NCBI GenBank assembly: GCA_951406725.2
Contig: OX597820.1
Coordinates: forward strand, 52,204,001-52,268,000
From: Octopus vulgaris
Lineage: Eukaryota
Reading direction: 5' to 3'
Length of the DNA stretch: 64,000 nt
In this document: positions 26,116 to 38,027 of the stretch, one piece after another
Layout of the letters: the number at the start of each line of letters is the position of its first letter
How positions within the stretch are numbered: position 1 is the stretch's first letter
Made by a program: the position numbers and the translations under genes
Notes under the pieces: generated by a model
The model's input: the letters and a program-made list of their open reading frames with translations, nothing else
What the model was told of the DNA's origin: nothing
Database searches by the model: none

Positions 26116-26328
26116 TCTAATGTTAAACATAAATATATATGTAAGTATGTGTGTGTGTGTTAATGTTTCCTCTTACATTTAATTATAATAATGAAAATTT
26201 TACAATAATCTGAGTCAGTTGCTCCATACATTTGTAGAGTTTATTCTTAAAAAAGAATATATTTGACAATGAATTCGCAGTTTCGGGCAATTAAGGCCAT
26301 TGTAACCGAAAATTCTGTCAGTATGTTC

Positions 26329-26367
<39 letters not shown>

Positions 26368-26368
<1 letters not shown>

Positions 26369-26570
26369 ACCTCGCGAGTACCGCTGGTGATTTTTTTCCC
26401 CTGTCTTCCCTTCTCGGGATCTTTCTTTCTCCTAAGTTTTCGACGAAGGGCTCCGCTCGAAACGTTAAACCCTCCTTCTTCCCTTCTTTCCTGAGCGTCC
26501 AATAATATTTTATTTGTTCCACGTCCTCGCATTGCTGTGTTTTTTTGTTTTTTTGTGTTTTTGTTTGGAT

Positions 26571-26575
<5 letters not shown>
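26368..26575 (+). mobile_element. About 200-bp hammerhead-bearing element flanked on both sides by (TA)n
   Basis: 26434-26473: GTTT-TCGACGA-A-GGGC(TCC)GCTC-GAAACGTT-A-AAC; homologous to 7604-7809. Confidence 0.8.
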
Positions 26576-26611
<36 letters not shown>

Positions 26612-26615
<4 letters not shown>

Positions 26616-26903
26616 AAATGAAGAAAATGCTGACAAAATAATTTAAGTAATTTAATTAGGTGAAAGTTCTTTACCGGTTGCACATTTGTTATGCTTATCA
26701 AAAGATGTTTTTTTAAGAGGGATAGAGTTCCTTTCTGATAGATTTTTTCCTCTTATCAGATAAGAGGAAGAAATCTATCAGAAAGGAACTCTATCTCTCT
26801 TAAAAAAACATCTTTTGATAAGCATAACAAATGTGCAACCGGTAAAGAACTTTCACCTAATTAAATTACTTAAATTATTTTGTCAGCATTTTTTCATTTC
26901 CTT
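26612..26903. repeat. 292-bp near-perfect palindrome (1-nt loop at 26758) between (TA)n tracts
   Basis: Arms differ by about 2 substitutions and 1 indel by eye; the arm contains TCTT-TTGATAA-GCATA(ACAAA)TGTGC-AACCGGTA-AAGA. Confidence 0.95.
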
Positions 26904-26936
26904 TTTTATATATCACAACTCGTGTTCCACATCTCC

Positions 26937-26979
<43 letters not shown>

Positions 26980-27009
26980 CAAAATAAGCAACAGGATATC
27001 AAAAAGTGA

Positions 27010-27095
27010 TGCAGTACGACCTATTCAAGCGGCTCTATTTAATTGAATAATGCAATCATTACATCAATTTCAATGTAGTGCTATCATCAGCTGCA
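27010..27095 (-). ncRNA. Hammerhead motif with extended stem II (left arm)
   Basis: Minus strand: TGCAG-CTGATGA-[about 57-nt hairpin]-GAAT-AGGTC-GTA-CTGCA. Confidence 0.55.
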
Positions 27096-28252
27096 CAGAT
27101 AAATAGAATTTTAACCAGTTAGACACATTCATTTATTGTTTCTCAAATACATTAACAGGGCAAGTGGATGTAAGAAATTCATGTTGTCGCAATTGTTCCA
27201 AAGATTGGGTAACGGCAGTTGAGGGTTTCAGGCCGAAGAGATTTTTCAGCTACTGAAGCCTATACGAGATGTTTATTCTATATCCATATAAACGTATAAA
27301 TATTTGTATATGTGTATATATGCATATATATGCATAACCTATTAACCACTTATCTCTTATAAATTATTATTATTCTTATTCGTAAATAGATAATTTCCAG
27401 TTACTTAAGTCTATGCGAGATGGCTATACTATATCCATATCAGCATAAATATCCGTGTATGTGCATGCGTGCACATATATGAATATTCGTGTGTATCCTT
27501 TCACATCTTTATTTCTGATTCTTAGCTTATAATTAATATATAGATGGCATGTTTATCTTTCCAGTATTCCATAAGTAACTGCCCTGAGAATTCTTGATAG
27601 AAACCACCTAATAAGTAATTAATTTAGTACATGAATTAAGCTGATTCTTTGTAATCTTTCCTTTTCAATGTTGATAATTGATATATACACATATTTTCCC
27701 TATTTTGGTTTTGATATCATTTTTGATAATCTTAAATTTTATTATCTTTCATACAGCATAAATATCCACCCGTAGTACCCCAACATAAAATTTCTTCTGT
27801 ATTAATATTCTAGGTTTATAAGTGTATTTTCTCTTTAACTAGTAATTAACGTCACGATTTAAAGTCTTCCCCTACCCAGCCTCCTTTTATAGACAGTTAC
27901 TCAAATCCAATTGACTACGCCTAATGTCTTCTTCCTTCCGTGGAGAAAAGGGATCATTATGATAATATTTATGACCATGCATATCCATGAGCTGTCAACA
28001 CACTCTTGCACTTCATTCTAAACAGACATAGTCCTCTAGTCGTAGATTTAGTAGTTGATAAAAAGACAAATATATAAGAAATGAACCACAATCCTTTACA
28101 AGTTATGACCCCAGTGAGCTTCATGCCATTCTTGGAAGTGTCGTCCAAGCTACAATAGCGACAACACAAATTTCTTCCATATTCTTGTTCTTCTAAAGTA
28201 TTTGAGAAAAATTATATCAATGTGTCCAACTGGCTAAAATTCTATTTATTTT

Positions 28253-28338
28253 TGCAGGTGATGATAGCTCTGCATTTAAATTGATGTAATTATTGCATTG
28301 TTCAATTAAATGGAGCCGCTTGAAACGGTCATACTGCA
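28253..28338 (+). ncRNA. Hammerhead motif with extended stem II (right arm)
   Basis: TGCAG-GTGATGA-[hairpin]-GAAA-CGGTC-ATA-CTGCA; combining the two arms restores CTGATGA...GAAACGGTCGTA. Confidence 0.55.
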
Positions 28339-28452
28339 TCACTTCTTGAGATCATGTTGCCTATTTTGCTTTTATTCAACTTACTTCGAGCTGTGCAGAT
28401 AATACCGGACTGACTTGGTGTTTCAACTTAAGAACTTAATTCAAGTGAATTT

Positions 28453-28506
<54 letters not shown>

Positions 28507-29001
28507 CGCATACATTCATATACATTTAGTTATTAGTGATTTATACAAGACCAAATGTTAGGTACAGTAATTTTCGAGAGAAGTGAAAGAGAAAAGAAAG
28601 ATGTCAGAATAATGACAGTTGTTTCCCTTAGGCCCTTTACAATGTTTGTTGTAGTTAATTCAACGGGAAAGTTATAGTTTGTGCAACCTGCTTAATGCAG
28701 GCAGGGTGGTGTTTCTCACTTCTACTGCAGAAACTTTTCCAATTGCCTGCATTCTTTTCTGATCTCCATTTCCATTTACTTTTTCACTCTCATTCGTTCT
28801 TTTCTTTCTCATTTTTTCTCAAATAGCAGCTATATTGTAAGTTCAGACCGAATGATTGATCGATAATACACGGAATGTTATATTAGCTCGTCCGATCATT
28901 GTTTAATCCGACGCATGAAAGTTATAGTAGCATTTATTTAAATCTTGTGTATGCTAAATATTTATACTTCATACTGACAAGACTAAGTTTTGTTGATACC
29001 G

Positions 29002-29044
<43 letters not shown>

Positions 29045-29154
29045 ATATGTATATGTGTGTGTAGCTAAAATTGGGTATAGGATTATTGGACTTGTGAGAC
29101 GCCCTCGTATAGTCGTTTAGGGCCTAAAAGCACACACATAATATATTGATTGGA

Positions 29155-29655
29155 GAAATCGAGAATCATCTGTCATAGGCTCCAGAACGCCTCTATCACT
29201 TGATTTCATTCCACTAGAAATCATCAGTGGGAGGCGCCCTGTTACATCTACAAGCGAAACCTTGCTCCTACGCTATATAGAATATCAATATCTTTTCAGA
29301 CATTGTTGTAGCAAATAGCCTGCAGGCTTATTAAAAATTATTAACGATTGAAGCAGTAATAATTTACCAAAAGGTAATCTTTATATCCAACTTAAAATTA
29401 TATCTTATTAGAACACCTAACACTGCATTATTATAGTTTTGATATTAATACTGCTTCCACCTCAAATAATTAATTTTTGATAAACCTGCTAGCTATTAGT
29501 GACATCCGTGCTAGAAAGATTCTGATATTCTATATATCGTAGCAGCGAGATATGACTGATATGCGGTGAGCAGATTCATCATAAACATGATTTCCAATAG
29601 AACGAGATCACGTGATATAGCGGTTTCGGCGCCTTTGACAGACGAATTTCATCTG
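29155..29655. mobile_element. Old fold-back element / MITE with diverged inverted arms of about 200 bp
   Basis: ctacgctatatagaatatca...gcaggcttattaaaaatta...gaagcagtaataat pairs with 29445-29550; atctgtcataggctcc...tagaaatcat pairs with 29587-29650. Confidence 0.7.
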
Positions 29656-29837
29656 CTACCATCTATCTATAAATTGATATTTAATATACATGAGGATTTA
29701 TCCAAAAGAAACCGTAATTTTGCAATATCATTTTATTCACTTTGTTTTATATATTTACGCTTTCATTGCTTTCTTTATTATTCTCCATTTGAAGAAATGC
29801 ATCTGTCGATACACGTTTTCCACTGTTCGAATCAGTC

Positions 29838-30643
29838 CTAGAACTCTTTCGAAATGATGCATATTAACGACCCCGTCGTTTTTTCTTCATCTCTTCCACA
29901 TCTACAAAAGCTGTCTTATGCTCAGGGTGGTGTGCACAAGAGCATTATCATGATGAAACCAGCACTCTACACTTTTCCACTGGTCGGGGCCTTTTCGTCT
30001 CTCCGCGTGGCGCGAACGCTTATGAACTGCGAAGTAAGATGTCTGGTTAGCAGTTTGACCAGGAGGAAAAATTCTTTGTAGACAATTCCTTTAGCATCGA
30101 TGAAAAAATCATTATCTTGACACTAGACTTGTCGCGCTTTTGTGGAACGTGGTGTCATTGAAGGTTTCCATTAACTTGATTGCATCGTTGTCGTAGCACC
30201 AGTTTTCGTTACCAGTTAAAATTTCGGATCAACTTCCAACAGTTCTTACAGCTGGCGATACACATTCAGTCGTGACTGCTTTCAATCTTCCGTCAGGAAG
30301 CGAGGCACAAATTTTGCTGCAACACTTTTCATTCGCAATCCCTCGCTCAAACTTCGTTGGGAGGAGCTCCAGGAAACAGCAATTGTAACACCAATTAGTC
30401 AACGGTTCTCCAAGATCAGCTCATTTATTTTCGTGATGTTTTCATTTGTTCGGGAGGTCGACGGTCGCACCGAACGAGGTTGGCCTTCAAACGACAAGTG
30501 ATCATTCCTAAAGCGTGAAAATTTGTTTTTCTCATGGTAGCGTCCTTGTAAGCTGTCGAAGAATGTTAACTGTTTCGGCTGCCGTTTTTCCTCAGCAGAA
30601 AAAGGAATTTCACGGAAGCACGCTATTCTTTCGTTTCAGCCAT
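29838..30643 (-). pseudogene. Decayed mariner transposase with an internal deletion
   Basis: Minus strand: MAETKE*RASVKF..., GQPRSVRPSTSRT, VAAKFVPR, TGNENWCY, HHDNALVH, then a jump to ..DVEEMKK; the YSPDLAP-D segment is absent; many frameshifts. Confidence 0.88.
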
Positions 30644-31012
30644 CGGCAAAAATCGATGAATAGGGGAGAAGCAAGGAGCAAGGTCGGGTGAATAGAAATT
30701 GTCAGTAAACGGAGTCATGCCATTTTTTCTTTAAAACTATCACACTCAAGGTGATGAGCGAAGGCAATGAAACTACCACCCTCCACATTTCCATTGGTTC
30801 GGACATTTTCCTTTTGGCGTGTGTCCGAAACGCTTCAGAACTGCCAAGAAAATTGTTTGGTGAAAAATTTGACCAGAAGGAACAAATTTTGCGTGGACGA
30901 ACCTTTTATCATCGATGTGCATGAGGCAAGTGACCAGTGAAGACCTGAACTCAAACGCACCGGGAATAATATGGTGATATCTTAGTGTTTGCGTATGTGT
31001 GTATTTCCCTGA

Positions 31013-31420
31013 AGGTCATAGCTCTGTGGTAAGAAGCTGGCTTCCCAGCCACATGGTTCCGGGTCCAGTCCCACTGCGTGGCACCTTCAGAAATTGTCTT
31101 CTACTATATCCTCAGGCCAACTACATCATTGTGAATGGATTTATTACACGAAAACTGAAAGAATCCCGTCGTAGATAAATATATGTATACATATTTATAT
31201 ATGTGCGTGTGGGATTCTTTTATTCTCTGTTTGTCTCTCACCACCTCACAAGCAGTGTTGGTGTGCTTACGTCCACGAAAACTTAGCGGTTCCAGAAGAA
31301 AGAGCGATAGTATAAGTAACAAACTTTTAAAAAACGTGCTGGTGTCTATTCATTCGACTAAAATCTCTTCAAGGCGCAAAGCCATCATGACTGAAATCTA
31401 ATGACTGAAACAAGTAAAAG
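31013..31420 (+). mobile_element. SINE family A
   Basis: catggttccgggtccagtcccactgcgtggcacc ... atgactgaaacaagtaaaaga. Confidence 0.88.
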
Positions 31421-31421
31421 A

Positions 31422-31465
<44 letters not shown>

Positions 31466-31624
31466 AAGCGTGTTACCGGGGTTTTGCGAAAAATGCATGC
31501 AAATACATATTCATAAAATGTATATTAATATATACACATACGCATTTGTATATATATATATATGTGTGTGTGTGTGTATGTATGTATATATAATATGTGT
31601 AGTGGCTGTACACATATACATATA

Positions 31625-31655
<31 letters not shown>

Positions 31656-34039
31656 CAAAAGTGTTAATACTGTTGCCCCTACTCACTCTGCCCGTATGCA
31701 TAGCTGTGCATTATACAATATAATGTGAAAATCTTTGTCCGGACTCAAAAATCATACAAGGGCCTCACTTATCATCAATAAATACTCATTTTAGTGAGTT
31801 TTCCTAGCAATGGCTTCGTATGTATACGAGAAAGCAGCTAAGGTATATATGTGTGTGCGTGTGTATGTGTGCGTGTGTGTATATTTAGTCATGTATGTAT
31901 ATATACAGACAGGAACTTGTGAATCTATGCATTTATATTTGTATGATATTACACAAGTGTACTTATACTGGCATATATTTATACTTGTGTATTTGTCTAT
32001 GTGTTTGAAATCGCGTGTTTATAAACGTGTGAACATCTACTTTTGTGTATATGTAATTTATGTATGTTTGTACTTGTCTGTGAACCTGTGTAGACACAGA
32101 GGCTCACAGGAACACAAGTTTTCATACACACGTGTGCATGCATGCATAGACACACATATGTACATTTAGAGTCTTTCTCACACATGGACATACATATAGC
32201 GCTATATTATTTCCGGGGAATTTGAGCTAATGAATCTGTTTGTATGTTTGTTTGTTTGTGCGTTTGTGTGTATATATATATATATATATATACACGTATG
32301 AAGGGGGATGTGTATATATACATTCATATATATATTTATAATGCATACTCGCATCGTATACATTACAAACGTATATTGATATATACATGCGTACATATGC
32401 CCAGTTTGAATTTTATCCAACTAGTCATTGGCTTAAAATCTTATCGATTACAACTCTCATAGATTTTTTTCAGTATAAACGTCTTTTTCATGTTTGTTAG
32501 GATACAATATTCAATCATTTTTTTCCTGTTTCTCTTTGGTATTTATTTACCTCTTTATTGAATTTACGCTTTCTAAAACGGAGAATACTTTCTGGCGCCG
32601 TTGGATATGAAATTAAAATAAAAAGTAAAAACATACATGGTTTAGTTTCTTGATACAATGCCAGTTTTATTATAGAGATTTGTGAAGTGAATTGATACGA
32701 TGCTAGTTTATTATTTAGAGTTGGATAGTTAATCATTTTTCCAACATAGGGAAATTCTGAACCCTCTTTGGTTTTTGTTTCCAAAGGCTTGAATGTGTTT
32801 ACATTCAAACAGCTGTTGAATGTATATCTCTTAGATTCTAATAGTACTTCTCATAGATATTTTGTACTGTTGTTCTATATCTGTTCACATTCTATAGGAC
32901 CAGTTTATAATTCATGCATTTGATAAACAAAACTTTTATTACATTTCAACATACATAATCTGTTGCACATGATTAACATGTGACGTGGAGCCATCTTGTC
33001 TGCCGTTATACAGCTATTATTGTTCTTTAGTGATTTCTGCTTTAATGCTGGCTTCAGTTGAAAACCCTTATCTTTCTCCTTGATTTTTCTCCATCTCTAA
33101 TTTACCCGCAAATGATACATTGTTTTCTTCACTTAATGCATTGCACCCTGATGCATTAGGCGAACCCAGAAAGTCAAAAACCTAAAACTATATTCCATAC
33201 ACATGTTGCCCATTAACACTTAATCTTCAAACATTTAACAGAATATTTGCCTTAATAAACTCTTTTGCAAATATCAAAATTTCATCCTAGAAGTCCCTGG
33301 AATGCCTGCTGGCATTCTAGAGTTAAATGTAAAATGGGTATCCTATACAGTTGTTTTACTTTCTAATTACAAATAATCGAAGAGAGTTATTAAAAATGTA
33401 CTACCCAAGCTTGTTCTTTACCTCCACATCTTAACATCTCTTTTGTGAAGCCATAACTCTGAGGAGCTTTGTCTGCTTTATCAGTTTGAGCGCGTTTTCA
33501 ATTCCATTTACCAAAATAGGTAACAATTCTTTCAGCATTTGTGGCGGTTGTGAATCTAGCTTCAGCGATAATTTGAAAAAGGTGGTGTAGAAAGTGTAGC
33601 ATACCTCTTCTATCTCCACCTTTTGTCTGTCATCGAGAGTTTCCTAGTTCTTAACCGCTGTCATCTCTAACCTATATATTTTTAGCTCCTCGGCAGCCTG
33701 CATCAAATTCTTCATTTAATAATCCTCGAAGTAATTTTCTACATATCTACTCGCTATGCAGACAATGGAATACTCGAGGTGATCTTTCATTTTCCTTTCC
33801 ATATTTTTCGTTTCTCTGGTATTTTTTTTGTTCCCTTTGAAATTCCCCCTTCAAGCAGCCGCTGGCTTTCAGGTCTTGCAGCTTTTAAATTTTTGGATTA
33901 TCAAAAACTATCTTGCTTCAAGAGAAGAGTGGTAAAAAATATCAAAGGACTATCGCTTCCTATGCCTCTTGCCTTACATCTGTAAGCAATTTACAAAGAC
34001 TGTCGTCACCAGTCTATCGAAGCACCTCGATAACCAACA

Positions 34040-34560
34040 GCTTTGACAGTAAATCAGGTTTCTGTACGAAGTGCATCACGATAGACCAGATATCCATTCT
34101 CATAACGCTCCTAAAGCGAGATTATGAATATACGTTTACTCAGTGAAAATGAACATAGCGTTGATAGACTTGGAAATGCATGTGTCGAGGCGCAATACAT
34201 CAAAATGTTGAGATGCAAGTCTAGATACAAAAAAAATATACTTCTACTATCACAACCAGTAAAATTACCATGCCAGGAGATATCATCTCTCCAAAGCTCT
34301 TTACTGCATATCTAGAAATGGCCATGAGGGAATTTGACTGGACATCAATGGTGAACAACTAACCACACCTCCGATTCCCACATGACATTGTACACGTCAC
34401 TTAAAAAAACAAAACAGACCAGCTGCAAACTATAATGACAGACCTGGACATTCATATCCTACCATGAAAGCCAATTGTATGCTGTCTGAGACGTAGCACA
34501 AGCGGTGAAATTCTGCTTAGGGTACTGAGTGAATGTGCTGAGATATGGATATATTACAGT
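34040..34560 (+). pseudogene. Old RTE-like reverse transcriptase remnant
   Basis: SGF..K.ITIDQISILITLL.R..EY, and later DINGEQL../HLRFPHDIV (decayed HLRFADDIV). Confidence 0.6.
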
Positions 34561-35020
34561 GTCATGGATACATAAATACATTACGAAATGCGTATTTGAT
34601 TTCGCAAAGGGTGGGGATTCGGAAAGAACCAGTTTCTCATCCTTTCAGTTTGAACAACCATACAATGAATAATTTCTGGCGTGTAGTATTCGATTGGTTT
34701 AAAAAAAAAGAAGCATATTGCATTTCCGAAATTAGATATTATTAACACTTCCATCAATATGATAAAAGTAAACAATTTTGCTATATGTTATTGTAAGTAA
34801 TATATGATGAACTTTGTTCGCAGGAATCGTTTTCTGTAATGATAAATTATATTTTCGAGGTGATCGGCACGTATTGTAAATCTTTGTGAATGGAACAACT
34901 GCGTAATATCTGCATAGCACCATATTGCGTCGTTGCCTCGAACGAATGATCGTATGTAGTATAGTGACACGCGAAACAATAAGAAAAAGAACAAAAACAC
35001 GTGAAGTGAAGTATTTGAGA

Positions 35021-35021
<1 letters not shown>

Positions 35022-35072
<51 letters not shown>

Positions 35073-35096
35073 GTTGTTGTTGTTGTTGTTGTTGTT
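35022..35096. repeat. (TTA)n(TTG)n microsatellite
   Basis: Seen directly. Confidence 0.95.
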
Positions 35097-37932
35097 AACG
35101 AGATATTATAAACATTTTAGTAGAAATCATTTTAGTTATGTGATTCTAAAACAAATTAATCCTTTAGTACGTAGAAATGGCAGTTATTGAGTGTAATAGT
35201 TAACGACGTGGCGATATTCGAGGTGCTTTAGTTTCCTATTCTAAATTCCTTCGGGTACATTTAAAACTCTGCTAACTTTACATTTATCCTGAAGTAGATT
35301 GTTTACGTTTATATGCTCTCTATTTAAATCCAGCGTGTCAATGTTAATCACTGTGGCATGGAAATAACAGAAATAAAATATAGTTCGTATAATACTGCGT
35401 AGTGAGTCCTTCACTGCTCTCAAGTTTTGATTCCCTCTCGGAATCGATTATCTTCAGTTATGTCAAGCTTTCTAGAATCATAAAAATTATGAACGGTACA
35501 ACGCACATTTCTTCCCAAGACTTAATGACTATTAAATTGCTAGCGAAATCCACAGTTATATTAGTGTATCATACCTTAGATAATTAGTGATATCATACGA
35601 ATTATAACCAGACATTAATAAATGAAATGATCTGTAAAACATGTGAATGGGTCTTTCCCTCATATCTCTGAGTACAAACTTTGGCACACCTCATATGTTT
35701 AACATTCATATTGTTAATAAAATCGTTACCCTTTTTCTCCTTTTAATTTCTCCCCCCAAGATCTACATTTTTCTGCAGCAGAACCGTCAAATCCAAAGGC
35801 TTTCACACATCTTCAGTAAAAAACTCGTCGTAAAATTTCTGGATTCCAAGTGAGACGTCTTTTAACAGATTTTATGATAAAGATCGTACAGCCTCGTCGT
35901 CTGAAGTTTTTACATTATCTAATGTGATCACTGGTGATCTTTAAGAGGATACGATTTTGCGATTTGAAGGAAATGTAGCTGTTCATTTTAGCAATTTCAA
36001 CAGCCCCTAAGAAGTTCCCCCTCTTATTTTCTCTGGGGAAACATATCAATGTAAGTATCTTAACTTGCTCCATGAGTGATTTGAATATAATAATACTATA
36101 TTAATTAGTTATTTTGTTGGCTTCGCTGAGAAAAACTACAACTCAGCACGGCATATGCCCATTAAAGTTTTCGTTGAATGTAACGTAGGGAATTCTGTCC
36201 CTTGACCCATGCATGATAATTTTCACTAATGCTAATTACATTCCGTTACTTGGGTTCAAGAAACCTTTGTAAATGTTGTAATGATAGTAATATTTGTTGA
36301 TCGTTACTTTTCACAAAAGAGGGCTATACCTTTAGAGTGGTTATCCATCAGGTGTTGAAGTTTGTGGTAGCTGGGCGTGCGGCAGGGACAGCAATTTAAA
36401 TGGAATGAATTAGCGCGTGAAATAAATCCTCCTCTGTGAAAACGAGGCGAAAATATTGATTGGGCGTGGGAATGGGTTCTATATTGCGGAGATTCTACCT
36501 ATAAGGATAATTGAAGAATATGGAGCTAGCAATATATAGTGGATGATAAATTTGTTTCGGAAGGGAAATGATAATTGCCGATTACTGAGTATTCGTAGAA
36601 AGAAAGCCGCCACTGATTAAATCTCCACAAATCTAGTACTTCTTTTCATTTAATCCTGAGATGTATCGGTGATATAGAATTATAGTCGTTATCATCGTCG
36701 TTGTTTTGTTTTGTTCTTGTTTTGTTTTTGTTCTTAAAGCCAATGATAAAGCGGCTGCAGCTAAACAGTTTTCAAAGGTATCATAACCGTGTTCACTTTT
36801 TTATTCTATTTTAACGTTTCTGGTATGCTTTAGCTAGAAAAACAAAACATCCCTCAATATATCGTTTCATTTTGAAGAGTCAGCGTTGTGATTTGTGGAA
36901 AAATTGTTTGTAATTTCCATCAAGCCCCGTAGCAGAGTTGTAATTGGAAACGAGTAATTAGCATGGGATGTGAAGATTTCAGATAATTTATGTGAAACAT
37001 CGTAAATTTAACAGTTACTTAAAATCCCACTGCGGTTTGAGTCGTCTTTCTGTAGTAGTAGGGCATTATGATTGACTTCCTCACACACCAATTATGTGGT
37101 AGAAACCTTCAGCTTATGTAAGAACTGGGTATGAGTCTTATTACTGAAGTAAAAGTAAAGGAGACAGAAACATTATTTCGGTTTAATGTATATATCAGCG
37201 TCAATATAGAAGATAACAATTGTCTGTCAACGTAGAAGCTAGTTAAGATAAATTAATACGGTATTTAGTTAGCTGCGATCAATGGTATCAATTTAAAGAT
37301 CTTACATTTATAAGTTTAATAACCTTCATTCCTATATTAATCATTATCCTAAATAATAACAGATTACATGTAATACCTGTTCTCATTCAATTAACTCAAT
37401 AACTAGATTATGGGCATGAATAGATTTTAGGGTTTGATCCAGCTCTTCAAATACGAGAGAATTACATAATATACGAGTCACAAGCACATGAATAATTGTC
37501 TGTATCACTTATCAGTTTATCAATATTATGAATCTCTGTAGGAAATTAACTCTACTAATTGAATATCAGATACATTTTCCTCCACGTATCTATATAATCA
37601 GAGTAAGTTCTCGGGCCTATAAAATAAGTGGGTAACTTTTGTATTTATTTCTAAGTAACTTAAAGATCTAGCTACTCGTTTATACAGAACTTACATTAAG
37701 GATTCTTATATACAGGTCTAAATTCTTCTCTGTATGAATGGCTCCTTATACTTAAAAATCTACTTCATTTGTGCTTTCAGTATATGTCTACGTGCCTGTC
37801 TGTGTGTGAGTGCGCGTGTGCATATGCGTGTGTTTGTGCATGTGTATTTTTATGTATAGGCGTACGTGCGGTAATATATATTGTTATATACGTATTAAAA
37901 CATGACTGTGTGCATATTTCATCTTTATCTTT

Positions 37933-37981
37933 TATCTATCTATCTAGCTAGCTAGATAGATAGATAGATAGATAGATAGAG

Positions 37982-38025
<44 letters not shown>
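37933..38025. repeat. (TATC)n to (GATA)n microsatellite with a palindromic switch
   Basis: tatctatctatctagctagctagatagatagata... Confidence 0.9.

Positions 38026-38027
<2 letters not shown>

Larger units (their letters stand above)
26977..28457 (+). mobile_element. About 1.5-kb TA-flanked element with about 155-bp inverted terminal arms carrying hammerhead motifs (PLE-like)
   Basis: 26977-27133 is an inverted, diverged copy of 28218-28372; an unpaired tail of about 85 bp runs to the (TA)n at 28458. Confidence 0.75.

Noticed and set aside
26263-26322. Small hairpin ending CCGAAAATTC near (TA)n
   Set aside because: No recognisable CTGANGA; left unclassified.
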